Source of the DNA: Nitrospirota bacterium
GTDB taxonomy: Bacteria > Nitrospirota > UBA9217
Length of the DNA: 64,000 bases
Direction of reading: 5' to 3'
Assembly (NCBI GenBank): GCA_963845065.1
Contig: CAWJQQ010000001.1
Span: forward strand, 640,001 to 704,000
A program made the position numbers and the translations under genes. Shown in pieces: positions 32,628 to 43,459 of this stretch. A model generated the notes under the pieces. It was not told the DNA's origin. It saw only the letters and a program-made list of their open reading frames with translations, and did no database searches. How positions within the stretch are numbered: position 1 is the first letter of the stretch; each line of letters begins with the position of its first letter.

Positions 32628-33197
32628 CTAACGTGGTTTTCTATACTGCTTACCCGCGTTCCAGCAGTTACCAACAGGCTGCCCCAGTGACCAGTATTTC
32701 ATGCTGCTCATATCAAAAAGTAACGGTTTGACCTTAGCGATGTCGACTTTGCCGTCCGTGAGCACGGATTCGTCGGCATAGGTGGCAACGATCTCTCCGA
32801 TAAACACATCGTGTGTTTTGAGTTCATACGTATCGTAAAGCCTGCATTCCATGGACAGTGGACAGTACTGTATGAGTGGCGCGGTCACTAATTCTCCAAA
32901 AAAAGTTTCGAACACCTCGGACTTATCCACGTTGCTGCCGGTGACGAGTCCCACGTAATCGGCCTCTATGATCTGATTTTGCGATAGGATGTTCACGCTG
33001 AAGGTCTTGTTTGCCCTGATGCCGATATTAGTATGGTGTGGTTTTCCCATTCCGAGCGAAATTAGGTGAGGTACGCCCGCGTTCAGGATCCCGACGTGGG
33101 CGACATTCAGGAAGTTCACCTTGCCGTTCACTAGCGCACCCACGATCGTTACAGGCGTGGGATAGAGCACATTCTGGTTCCCAATCTTTTTCTTCAT
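32628..33197 (-). CDS. Flavin reductase family protein (flavoredoxin-like)
   Basis: YPTPVTIVGA, FSVN, DYVGLVTG, APLI..CP..MEC, FIGEIV. Confidence 0.9.
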   Translation of the reverse strand: MKKKIGNQNVLYPTPVTIVGALVNGKVNFLNVAHVGILNAGVPHLISLGMGKPHHTNIGIRANKTFSVNILSQNQIIEADYVGLVTGSNVDKSEVFETFFGELVTAPLIQYCPLSMECRLYDTYELKTHDVFIGEIVATYADESVLTDGKVDIAKVKPLLFDMSSMKYWSLGQPVGNCWNAGKQYRKPR

Positions 33198-33240
33198 TTG
33201 TCCCTCTCTTTCAGATTCTCATCGCAGTTCAAGTGTTAAA

Positions 33241-34209
33241 CTATTTCAGAAATACCGAGACATCAGTGCACGCATCTGTTGAAAGACGTAAGAGCTGCGG
33301 TGGCCCACACTCAATGACAAGTTCGCGCCCGATGCTCGGATGGCGAAAGCTCAGTTTTGTGGAATGAAGATGGTAGCCTGGGTCGCCGGGCAAAACACGC
33401 GTATCCAATGCTGGGAGACCGCCCGCACTATAAAGCGGATCGCCTACCAGAGGGTGTCCTGTTGCAGCCAAGTGAATTCGGATCTGGTGTGGCCGGCCTG
33501 TCGCAATGCAAACATCACAAAGGAACGAAACCGGCCGGCGTTCGAGGACAGTCACCTGAGACATGGAGGGCTTGCCTTTTGGAGTAGCAGCATGAATTGA
33601 ACCGAGAAGGGTGTGCGGAACAGGGCCTATGGGTGTGGTGATTGTCATCTCGTCCCAATCAGGAAGACCGCAGGCAAGTGCGCGGTAGCATTTCCCGACT
33701 TTGTTAGCTGACCATTGTTGCATCAAATTTGCTCGGCTATGATGGTTTCGGGAGCACAGTACCAGGCCCGATGTCCACCTCCCCAAACGATGAAGTGGAG
33801 CGGCGTCAGGCGCATAAGCGCGCACCAAGTACAGGAGTGTTGTTTGCAGGAAATTAGCGCCAGGAAGAGTTGGCAATCCGGCCGGCTTTGCCACAGCTAG
33901 TAAGTCTTTATCTTCGTAAAGAATGGAAAACGACGTGGGCGCTTCGGGTTCGATCCATGGCGGCCGCTGCCAGACAAGTTCGTGTCCCCTCTGCAATACG
34001 CTTTCGGAATGTACGGGTGTTGAGTTAATGAGTACGTGACCGGAGTCAACGCGCTCCGCCCACTCCGCCACGGACGAGTGACCATAGCGGTGGCTGAGAT
34101 ACGCTAGCAACGTAAGTCCGTCTGCATCGGGGCCGAGTCTCTCGCGGTACTCACAACCTTTATTAAGGCGCGTATTCGTGGCAGATAAATATGTTGATGA
34201 CGCTGTCAT
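33241..34209 (-). CDS. RluA family pseudouridine synthase
   Basis: KPAGLPT, HRLGRWTSG, TGRPHQIRIH, HPLVGDPLY. Confidence 0.88.
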   Translation of the reverse strand: MTASSTYLSATNTRLNKGCEYRERLGPDADGLTLLAYLSHRYGHSSVAEWAERVDSGHVLINSTPVHSESVLQRGHELVWQRPPWIEPEAPTSFSILYEDKDLLAVAKPAGLPTLPGANFLQTTLLYLVRAYAPDAAPLHRLGRWTSGLVLCSRNHHSRANLMQQWSANKVGKCYRALACGLPDWDEMTITTPIGPVPHTLLGSIHAATPKGKPSMSQVTVLERRPVSFLCDVCIATGRPHQIRIHLAATGHPLVGDPLYSAGGLPALDTRVLPGDPGYHLHSTKLSFRHPSIGRELVIECGPPQLLRLSTDACTDVSVFLK

Positions 34210-34549
34210 ATTCTTTTCAAGCTCGCCTTGCAATATATTCCTGCAATTCTTAGGTATTGTCAAAAAATCCGAAGTATAGTGACATAATATCGCAAAAAAT
34301 ATTGGTCAGTCAAGAATTTTATTGGGTTTGTTGCCTCGAATTCGAGGTGAAGTCCTCAATTTCTGAAATAAGACGCTAGCGACAGGCTACGGCAGATTCT
34401 GTTGTTCGAAAATTGGATCATAAAGTCCATGATACCAACAATATTGCTTGACCGTTTTATTGGATAGTGGTCCACGGGGATTTCTGGTAAACAAATACGT
34501 TGCAGCGTGGTTCGGAATTTTGCCTGCTTGTGCCGATGTTTTATCGGAG

Positions 34550-34975
34550 TAACCATTCGATACGACCGCTCTTACGTTGTCGTCTATTTCTTTCAGTTTC
34601 CTAATCGTTCATGCGCCGCCAAAACCGCCCCTTATCGTAAGATCTAGAATTACAATATCCAATGCTTTATCTGCATGTCTAGCCTGCTCGTATACCTCGT
34701 AGCCTCTTCACCTTCAGTCGCAAATTCTACGTTATGACCGAGAGCACTGATCAATTCCCCTGCAAGATCCCCAATGACCGGATCATCGTCCATCACAAGG
34801 ATCCTTTCTAGACGTATTGCGGTCGCTTTTGCTTTTGATTTGTCCTTGACTTCTTTTTGTGTCGTTTCCATCGCAGGAAGGTATATGAAGAAGGTCGTTC
34901 CTTTTCCTGCTTCGGATTTAGCCTTAATCAGACCCTCAGGATTTTTTATGATGTGGAATAGGATGTCGTGAGGCC
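34550..34975 (-). pseudogene. Hybrid histidine kinase C-terminal fragment (HATPase end + receiver)
   Basis: GLTTSYS..GKGTTFFIYLPA..ILVMDDD..LDLTIRGG; begins at the IS110 end. Confidence 0.75.
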
Positions 34976-36512
34976 ACCCATTTAAAGCTCCCTGTCAAGT
35001 GAAAAAGCCTACCCCGTGACGAGAAAATGATATTTTCTCGTCGATATCTTTTCAATCATCAACATCCGTACCATTGCCGTAGTTTCATTCAGTTTGGGTA
35101 TCAGTCGTTACTGTACCAGCCACCCATCAGGATTAAGGTCCTGCTGCTGATGCGCGGTTCTCAGCATGACCCTTTCCCCGCAGAGCGGGGACCAGAAAAT
35201 CTTCGGCTCCTTGCCCTGCCCGTAAGGGTTTATAACAACACTCTTGGTTTTTTACCAGCCTCTAAGTGGTTCACGGCACGGGCAGTAACGATGCTGATGA
35301 CTCTAAAGTTTTGGGTGGAGCGGTTTACCAATCAATATTTATGGTTCTTCCAGCGCTGTAGCTGGTTCCCCGCTCCAGTCATCTTGTTATCAATGATTTC
35401 TCATCCGAAGATCTTCTCGGACTGAAAAACCACATCATCCCGCATGACGTAGTACGCTGCCTTCGCCAGCTTGTGAGCCAGGGCATTATGCGCACACATA
35501 TAATTCGTCTTCTGCATCTTGCGATTGTAGTACGTCCTGGCTTGCGGATAGCAGCGTCTTGCGTCCTCAGCCGCCTCGGAATAAGCCCACGCAAGATATT
35601 TGTTGCCGTTCTTCTTGTTGCCTTTTCCTTTCGCCTTATCGTTGCTCACCCACTTGCTCGATACCTTGCGGCAGTAAGACACATAGTTGCCGACTTTCTC
35701 AAAACGCGAGACTGGCCCTGTCTCCAGCATGATGGTCAGTGCCAAAATCTTGCCGACACCGAAGACGCTATGCAGCTTAGCATAGGGTGGTTTCAACTCT
35801 ACACGGGTCTCTATTACCTTCTCGAGCTTCGTGATCTGACGAGTTAGAAAATCGATCGACTCCTTGCTGGCCATCCCTGCCAAGGCGAGATCTTCACTTC
35901 CCGTGAGATAGGGGGTCACACGATCCTCCGTGAGAGCTTTTACATCACTCTTTTTGAGTTTAAATCCATTGTTACGGCAGAGGATGTTTTGAAGGCTGAC
36001 GATGAGTGAGACCCGTAATCTTACCAGGTGCACGCGCTTCCTGAGAAGATCCCGGATCGGACGTTCTTCTTTGGGATAGATGTATCCCTCTGGCAAGATT
36101 CCCAGCCGCAACATCTCCGCCAGCCAAAAGGCGTCGTGCTGATCATCGGCATACTTCAGCCCCGTGTATTTCTGGATTTCACTCGGATTGGCCAAATGCA
36201 CTTTGTAGCCTACCTCCATTAGTAGGTCTACCAAACAGTACCAGTTATAGGTAGACTCGACGACGATACCGACTATGTCGTCTTTATACAGTTTAAGAGT
36301 CTCTAGGATAAGCTCACGATCGTTCAGCAGCTTCTTCTTGAAAATGCGCTTGCCGTCCTCATCTTCAATGCCAAAATACGTGTTGCTTGAATGCAGGTAA
36401 TCCCGTGTACAATTTCATATAGCACCCCAAGGTTAGAATGGGGATTCTTCCTTAAAGCATATCAGAGTGCCGAATGCGCTCTGGTATGCTGAAGTGCCTT
36501 CATATGATTATC
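34975..36512 (-). mobile_element. IS110-family element with long downstream non-coding end
   Basis: Left end TGATAATCATATGAAGG, right end TTGACA...AAATGGGTG, about 420 nt structured 3' region. Confidence 0.85.
35401..36418 (-). pseudogene. IS110 transposase, 1-nt frameshift at the first catalytic Asp
   Basis: MKLYTG / LHSSNT..VESTYNW..DQHDAFWLA..GVGKILA..GNKYL. Confidence 0.88.
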
Positions 36513-36832
36513 AATATTGTGACAAGAACAAGGAATTCAAGTCGTAATATGAACTTAAGCGAGCGAAGCGAAATGGGTTAGGTTTTGCTAGCGAAGACGA
36601 GCCACCGTAAGCAAAACTGTGCTCTGTAATCTGAAGTTTAGTGTGGTGCGCGTTTGAACGGAGTAGGGCTTTACTGACATATCCGCAGATCACGATGACA
36701 GATATCGCTTGACATTAAAATAGGAGATACTCGATGATGTTTATGTCTTCACTCTTATTGCAGATAAAAAAGACCGCCGAATCCTATGGAGTCAGCGGTT
36801 TTAGTTTGTAGTTTCCAATTGACCATGGCATT

Positions 36833-37054
36833 TCAAGCAGACACCCTAGTAGCCGGAGCGAGATCTTTGCTCACCTTGATTGCCGCACCCGGACCATTTG
36901 CCGTCATTTCTTTTTGCAGCGCACTTCCCAGTTGAGATGCCATTTCTTTGACAACTTTACGGCTGTCTTCTTGAAATTTCACCAAATCGCCAGCAAATGC
37001 CGGACTTGCACTCAATTCAAATACAAGGGACAACGTAAGCTATTTGTTTGTCAT
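36833..37054 (-). pseudogene. DUF3365 (Tll0287-like) heme protein N-terminal fragment
   Basis: LGSALQKEMTANGPGAAIKV..LAP..RVS; early stop, truncated. Confidence 0.55.
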
Positions 37055-37114
37055 TCTTATTCTACTCCTAAACCTGATTAATCGGCGGTCAATAACTCTG
37101 TATATATGTCTTGC

Positions 37115-37894
37115 TTATATTTTCCTACTAGGTGGCGTTGGGATATTAGTGCCATGACACTCGGTACAATTTTGCTGTGCGGTGATCCCCATATCATGAG
37201 CAGGGGTCCAATTCGCTTTCGAAACGTATTTACCATCCTTCCAAGAGTTTAAGTCTTGGACGAGTTTGTAAGCTACGCTTGCAGCAACGCGGGCACACCG
37301 ATCTTTTCGCTCAGGGCTCGCTAGTGCATAGCCCGCCTCCTTCATCCATTTGCCTACGGAAACGTGGCATAGTGGTGACTGGCTCGTTGTCTGTATGATT
37401 GTTGTTTTTTGTTTGGGCTGTTTTGGATTATAAACCGGAAGCGGTGTTTCAGAATACCATTGCATCATTTCTGACCCAATAAGAGCGCCATTTTCGCAAT
37501 CTGGTCCAGCGATTCGAGGGCCAATAATGACATTGCTGACGATGTTGGCTCCCGCGTTCGATCCGCAAATCGTACCCCACCCTACTGTGCCTCCTTCTAG
37601 AAAGACAAAGGCGTCACTTGGAAATGATTTATAGGGTTCACCCACTTTTTCTCGGAGTTGGCTGAATACGCTATTAATAACAGCCGCGCCACAAAATACC
37701 CGGTACCATTCATTGTAGGCTATCTCTGCGGTCTTTTCAGGGTCAAGCTTATCATAGGGCCACGGCCACTTCTCTGTTGTTCCCCCGACGGCTTCCGCTG
37801 TGGACGATAATCCACTGAGGCCCGTAAAAGCTACACCCGTTCCGATAGCCCCAACCATTGTCAATAATTCTCTCCTTGTTACATGCCCTTTCAT
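37115..37894 (-). CDS. Split-Soret cytochrome c / C-GCAxxG-C-C family, Tat-exported
   Basis: TRRELL Tat signal, WPWPY.KLDP, GWGTICG, SPLCHVSV, RCARV, C-terminal CTECH. Confidence 0.88.
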   Translation of the reverse strand: MKGHVTRRELLTMVGAIGTGVAFTGLSGLSSTAEAVGGTTEKWPWPYDKLDPEKTAEIAYNEWYRVFCGAAVINSVFSQLREKVGEPYKSFPSDAFVFLEGGTVGWGTICGSNAGANIVSNVIIGPRIAGPDCENGALIGSEMMQWYSETPLPVYNPKQPKQKTTIIQTTSQSPLCHVSVGKWMKEAGYALASPERKDRCARVAASVAYKLVQDLNSWKDGKYVSKANWTPAHDMGITAQQNCTECHGTNIPTPPSRKI

Positions 37895-38473
37895 ATTTTT
37901 ATCCTCCTTGAACTTTAATTTTCCATTTGTATGCCAAATTAAGGATCATCAATCAGTTATCATTAGTAAAAGTGAAGAAGCAGCATTTGCGACCATGTGG
38001 CATACATCTGATCGAGAATGAGTATCCACGGATATGTCATGTTAGGAACGAATTTAGCCGCGCAAAATACTTTCACAGCATAATATTGTAATTTGCGAAG
38101 TTATAAAATTATAAATTTAATATATTGTATCACAATCGTGTTCAATATCAAGTATATTTTTAGAAATGTGAGGCTGATAGACAAGTGCGTGATGCTTGGA
38201 GTTGCCAAGGATTGAGATTGGGTTATATATGGGTATATGCAACCGACTACAGATTTAATATTATGTTTTTCGAGGAATGGAAACTACTACAATTGCAGAG
38301 AGGCTCGCTGACTAAAAACTTCGAACGGAATTCATCACTTTCTTGGCAAGTCTCTCAGTCTGAAATACACCTATTACTGAGCAATTAAGCTCTTAAAAAA
38401 ATACTGGGAAATACCTGTTGAAACATACATTAACGAATCAAGGGTCGGCGGCAATGACCGATTAACCAGCCAA

Positions 38474-38660
38474 TTAGGCCTCATTATTGTGTTCGCTGAG
38501 GGTTGAGGGGGAAACTTCTTCAGCACGCTGCCAAGGCCAGCGCCCTTCGACTTCCAGTTGCAGGGGCATGCTAAGGAAAGTACGGATCAAGACGATCAAG
38601 CCAAGAATCAGGACGTTATTTATTGTGGGTGCTATAACACTGTCCGAATAATATCGTTCC
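38474..38660 (-). pseudogene. DUF1622 C-terminal fragment
   Basis: PTINNVLILGLIVLIRTFLS..LEVEGRWPWQ; N-terminus absent. Confidence 0.7.
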
Positions 38661-38815
38661 AACGTGCGAATTTAGATCGACTATGTAAAGACCATCTTTT
38701 GATAGTATTACACTGAATGTATTCTGCAATTTCAAAAAGACGACTCATTGAAGACTATAGGAAGAACTTCGCATCCGATCATATCGTTATAAAATAAGAT
38801 ACGGCAAAACTAAGT

Positions 38816-39091
38816 TCATTTTTTTAAAGATTCTTTTTCCATTTCTTTTTGTATCATCCGTTCTTTTACAGATGATCCTATGGATGAAGCAAATACTCCT
38901 ATACCATGGAATAACAGACCAATACCCCATCCAATGAGTGGCCACTTGAACCAGTAATATCCAGGGGATGCGGTAAGATTGATAATGATAAGCAATGTAT
39001 TGACTGCAAGATAAACAAATAGATGGATATAAAAACCAATTCGAGTTTCGACTCTTTTTTTTGCCCTTTCGTAAAGTTCAAGGTCTTCCAT
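38816..39091 (-). CDS. 2TM domain protein
   Basis: YERAKKRV..GFYIHL..Y..WFKWPLIGWGIGL..H. Confidence 0.88.
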   Translation of the reverse strand: MEDLELYERAKKRVETRIGFYIHLFVYLAVNTLLIIINLTASPGYYWFKWPLIGWGIGLLFHGIGVFASSIGSSVKERMIQKEMEKESLKK

Positions 39092-39325
39092 GATATTCTC
39101 CTTCAACGAATACTGATTGAGGCTTGAGCAATGGCATCTTTTACGATGTGTACAAAGTTCAGGAAGTTTAATTGAATGAATACTCCAATCAGAAGGCAAT
39201 CCTTCCTGGCATTCCAATCAGCAAATGATATTTTATTATTCATATGGCAGCTTTCCAGAATCATCATCAATCACTATGATGCATAATCCTTAACGCGATC
39301 TTCTTTTTGTAATGGTTTACGCTGG

Positions 39326-39676
39326 TCATTTATTGCCACCAGTTGGTTTGTCTGCCGCATAGCTACCGTACTTGATTTGTTCATAGATCGTAAGGGGAAG
39401 TATAACGGTATCGCCAATGATGCTGAACGGCACATCAACCAGGCAGAATCCTCTAATGCCATGCGTGTCGTGCATTTCCGGGAGCAAGAAGCAACTAAAA
39501 TCGAAGATGGTGCCGCTGTATATTCTCGGTAGAGCTGGCTCAGGGGGTCTCCAGTTTGGGCTTACATATCTCGTAATGATCGTGCCGCAGCCCATGCAGG
39601 GGATCATCACGCATACCACAAGTGTCAGAAACCACGGCTTCGTTCTTTTTAACATAAATTCCGTTTTCGTTACCAT
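39326..39676 (-). CDS. YceK/YidQ (DUF1375) lipoprotein
   Basis: GCGTI, YSGT..D, DVPFSIIGDTVILP. Confidence 0.85.
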   Translation of the reverse strand: MVTKTEFMLKRTKPWFLTLVVCVMIPCMGCGTIITRYVSPNWRPPEPALPRIYSGTIFDFSCFLLPEMHDTHGIRGFCLVDVPFSIIGDTVILPLTIYEQIKYGSYAADKPTGGNK

Positions 39677-39713
39677 CCTGCAAGAGCATACTGCCGCCGC
39701 AAACGATTTCTGC

Positions 39714-40163
39714 TCATTTTGTGCTTTTTATCTTCACTCTTCGTGTTGAATTGGACCGAGGCGTAACACTCGCTTTCCTCCGTGCTTTCGCGTGTGCAGC
39801 GGCCCTGGACCTGGGAACCGCGCGGATCGACGAGGCGCCGCCCTTGTCCTCGAGTTTAGCGAGTTCTTGTTCAAAGCTTTTGATGTGGGCAGTGATGTTT
39901 TTTACTCCAGCATCCAGCGCAGGATTCTTGATTTTCGCACTGCTCATCAGTATATACACTTTGGCGCCCAGATCGCGCATGGCATCGTGAATTTTGGCCT
40001 TTGTCGACAGCATTTTGTATTGCCGCTTACTCTCTTCTATCAACTCCTCTGCCTTTTTCTGTATGACGGTGGCTCCGTTCTTTATCACGCCAAGGCCCTT
40101 CTCCAGCTCGTTCTGCAGCTCTTTCTTGATCTTTTCCCAGTTCATATTATCGAGATAACCCAT
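39714..40163 (-). CDS. Coiled-coil hypothetical protein (paralogue of 42810-43193)
   Basis: AGGAGG RBS; end-to-end similarity with 42810-43193. Confidence 0.75.
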   Translation of the reverse strand: MGYLDNMNWEKIKKELQNELEKGLGVIKNGATVIQKKAEELIEESKRQYKMLSTKAKIHDAMRDLGAKVYILMSSAKIKNPALDAGVKNITAHIKSFEQELAKLEDKGGASSIRAVPRSRAAAHAKARRKASVTPRSNSTRRVKIKSTK

Positions 40164-40602
40164 CTTGCGACCTCCTGAGGGAATAATGGATGACATATCT
40201 TGGGAATATTTGGGAATATTATTGTTATTTGATGCATGGAAATATCACAAAGAATGTGCGGGAAATGTCTACTTATCAATTGAAAAACTTCCAATGGTTT
40301 TCTCCGTGTCATTTTTGGAATTTCTTAGTTCCAGTTCTTTGTTCGCAGACCATGATGCTCTACTGCTAGGGTAGGATATATGTTTAGCACGTTTCCGTTG
40401 ATTATTGTTCGTAATCTGGTTCTCGATAGCTTCCAAAATTGCTGCTCGTATATGTGGATTAAAGTCTGCGCTTATTATCGTCTCCGGATAAAGTTTATAT
40501 TAATTTAAAATGATATCTGCATTATTGATAAAGCTCATCTATCGCGTAGTACAGGAAGCGATTAATGCTGGATATTTCATTTCCATAAAAAGAATTGCTC
40601 AA

Positions 40603-40851
40603 TTAGGTAACAGCAGAAGTGCTGTTTTTATAAATCGTAGCTCTAACTAATTCAATGATGTAGTCATATCCTTCTTCAGTGTGAGGGATAACACAACTCG
40701 AACAATCTTTGATGTCATTTTTCACTGTAAAATTTCCATTACAATCGAGCAAATAAAGCGGGCACCAGCAAAAAAGACATGATTTCCATTCTTGAAGATC
40801 GTGGCAAGGGAAAAAACTACAATCATGGTGAATAAAAAACTTATAGTTCAT
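40603..40851 (-). CDS. Cysteine-rich small domain protein
   Basis: CSFFPCH..CLFCWCPLY..C..KDCSSCVIPH. Confidence 0.85.
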   Translation of the reverse strand: MNYKFFIHHDCSFFPCHDLQEWKSCLFCWCPLYLLDCNGNFTVKNDIKDCSSCVIPHTEEGYDYIIELVRATIYKNSTSAVT

Positions 40852-41020
40852 TTTCTAACTCCTCACGCGAGAATTTAACTTTGTTTTTGATAGGTCTTCC
40901 GGCTTAGAGCTAATCCTACGTACCCGCCTTCCCATCAACAAGCTGCAACGTGCGGATCATTCTATCATGAAGTGCAGGCCAGGTTATACCCAGTTACAAG
41001 TAATACATAGAATAATCTTT

Positions 41021-42031
41021 TCAAATCCTTCCTATCAATACTAGCACAATAAAGATGAGATAAAAAGCACCGCCAGATAGAAGTGTGTATGGTGTTAACT
41101 TATGTTTTGAGCGTATTTGCCAATAAGCCAGGCCAACTGATAGAAAAGTCAGCATGACAGTTATAAATGCCGCACTCGTCAAATCCCATTCTGTCATTAA
41201 GATGCCAATGGCGGTAATTACGGAACCTTGAAATACCATTGCGCCAGTAATATTCCCTATCGCAAGGGTGTCCTTTCCTTTGCTAATCCAAATGACACTA
41301 TTGAATTTCTCCGGCAATTCTGTCGCAATCGGTGCAATAATCAACGCCAGGAGAAATGGGGATACCTCGGCTTGTATCGCGATTGTTTGAACTTTTTCAA
41401 CAAAAATATAAGCACCCCAGACAATTAAAAGTAAGGAACTAATTACCTGGATACAAATTATGAAGAAATTAGGGTCGTGGGACTTTGGGGCGAAATAGCA
41501 TGGATCAAGGTCTGCTTCTTCGACTATTTGATTCCCAGTCGTGCCCTTAAGGGTTTTCAAAACATACGCTCCATATGAAAGTAACAGGATGAGGGCAATA
41601 GCGACTTTGAAAACAGGGTGGCTTATTAGAAAGGTACTGACTATGGCTACACTATAGAGTACAAAAAAATATTCGATATCGCGGCGCATTACAATGGTAT
41701 CAACCAGCATAGTGGGATAATTATCCCGTTTTTTTTTGTTAACCACGACCGCAATGCCAGAGATAAAGAATGCCAATGTCCCTAGCATAAACGGGGCACC
41801 AATTATTGCACCGACACCAAGATGGCGACCGGCAGCTTTGGAACCGAAAAGAATTGCGATGATGGGAACCAGGGTTTCCGGCAGCGCAGTGCCAATGGCG
41901 GCGAGGATACTTCCTACCGCGCCATCAGAAAGGTTCATCTTTTTGCCGAACCACTCCAACCCATTTGTAAATACAAGAGCACCTAGAAGAATGACAGCTA
42001 GAGCAATCAACAGCATGATCACATTGGACAT
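41021..42031 (-). CDS. Sodium:calcium antiporter family (CaCA) protein
   Basis: Alpha repeats AAIGTALPE and APIATELPE..GNITGA. Confidence 0.9.
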   Translation of the reverse strand: MSNVIMLLIALAVILLGALVFTNGLEWFGKKMNLSDGAVGSILAAIGTALPETLVPIIAILFGSKAAGRHLGVGAIIGAPFMLGTLAFFISGIAVVVNKKKRDNYPTMLVDTIVMRRDIEYFFVLYSVAIVSTFLISHPVFKVAIALILLLSYGAYVLKTLKGTTGNQIVEEADLDPCYFAPKSHDPNFFIICIQVISSLLLIVWGAYIFVEKVQTIAIQAEVSPFLLALIIAPIATELPEKFNSVIWISKGKDTLAIGNITGAMVFQGSVITAIGILMTEWDLTSAAFITVMLTFLSVGLAYWQIRSKHKLTPYTLLSGGAFYLIFIVLVLIGRI

Positions 42032-42092
42032 AAGAGACTCCTTCACAAAATAAAAAAAACAATGATGACAGACCCAAGAAGAGAGTTAAAAA

Positions 42093-42200
42093 AGCAGCGG
42101 TCTTCCTACAAGGCCACACAAAGCGCATTTACCGGACGTAATTACGTGCAGCCAATAATACCGCGCTATCAGCAAGGTGCTTCTTGCTTCTCCCCAGCGA
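42093..42200 (-). promoter_or_regulatory. yybP-ykoY (Mn2+) riboswitch-like leader, degenerate
   Basis: GGGGAGaAGC...CGTAATTACGTCCGG...GAAGACC upstream of the CaCA gene, with downstream GGTCT competitor. Confidence 0.6.
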
Positions 42201-42809
42201 GGGCAAATCTTAGATGGAAAAACCAGTTATTGATGTAACGGAGAGGCGCTGATTGGCTTAACACGTGTAGCAGTTTATCCGCCGGTTTTTGGAAAAGGCT
42301 TGTGCAACAAAGCATTATTGTCCAGGAATCACGATTATTTATCAGTAGTTTTTCTCTTAGTTGAAGAAGCCTTTCATCAGAATACACCACATCTATATAA
42401 GCGCATCTGTTCTGTATATCTGTATACTTGACAGCTTTTGAATATTTTTTCAATGAACTTTTAAACACGATCGACATACAGACAGCACGGAACGCCCTTT
42501 AGGCCCATAGGAATGAAACATCGGAAAATGCATTTAACCTACCAGTTGGCGATTTGAGGCGATTGACTACAATAAAGACATTGCGCAAATTAAATAGTAA
42601 CTGAATCGGTTTTTTGTCATGTGTTGACTGCGGTTTCATCATTTATCCTTAAAGGGCTGAGGAGGCGACTGTACTGTACGTTTTAGGTGCCCGCGATACC
42701 CTGATTGCAGGAAGTGCAAGAATGTTAGAAGATGAGGACCTTTCGAGCGGTATCAGGCTATCTTCCTAATGATGAAGCATCTGCAGCGAATTCCGGGGCT
42801 TTCTGTAAT

Positions 42810-43193
42810 TTATTTTTCTTTCAGTACTTTCGTGCGTGCCTTTCGGCGAGCTTTGGCATGCACTTCAGTGCTCGTGCCTTCGAGCACCTTGATCTGTGCT
42901 TCAAGGGCTTGAATCCGGGCAACAAGCTCCTTCACCCCTGCGTCGAGAGTGGGGTTTTTGGCTTTGGCACCGTTCATAAGTTGATATGCTTTTGCGCCGA
43001 GATCAGCAATCGTATCATGGATCTTTGCTTTGATTCTTAATACCTTGTACTGTCGTTTTCCTTCTTCTGTGAGTTCCCCGGCTTTCTTCTGCACCATAAC
43101 GGCGCCTTGCTTCACTGCAGTCATGCTTTTTTCCAGACCTTGCTGCAGATCCTTCTTGATTGCGTCCCAGTTGAGACCCTCAAGATAGCCCAT
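42810..43193 (-). CDS. Coiled-coil hypothetical protein (paralogue of 39714-40163)
   Basis: AGGAGG RBS; MGYLEGLNWDAIKK..KRQYK..DLGAK..KNPTLDAGVK. Confidence 0.75.
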   Translation of the reverse strand: MGYLEGLNWDAIKKDLQQGLEKSMTAVKQGAVMVQKKAGELTEEGKRQYKVLRIKAKIHDTIADLGAKAYQLMNGAKAKNPTLDAGVKELVARIQALEAQIKVLEGTSTEVHAKARRKARTKVLKEK

Positions 43194-43459
43194 TACGATC
43201 ACCTCCTGTTGGAATGGAATACTCATTGTTTTATTATCATTGTAACATAATAGACGTAATTCCGGTGATACAATACATTAAGAAATGTGAATTGAATAAG
43301 TGACAGTGGATTTATAGCGGCCAAAGAGTCAAGAACCACACTTATACAAACAATTCAGGTTTACTTGCCATGAAATCCTACGGCTAGACCTTACTATCAT
43401 TGCTCCCTTCCAGATTATCCCTAACCGAGAGGGGAGCACACTGAGAGGTAAAAAATTGA

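Noticed and set aside
35027..35425. 132-aa plus-strand ORF
   Set aside because: Antisense to the IS110 non-coding end.
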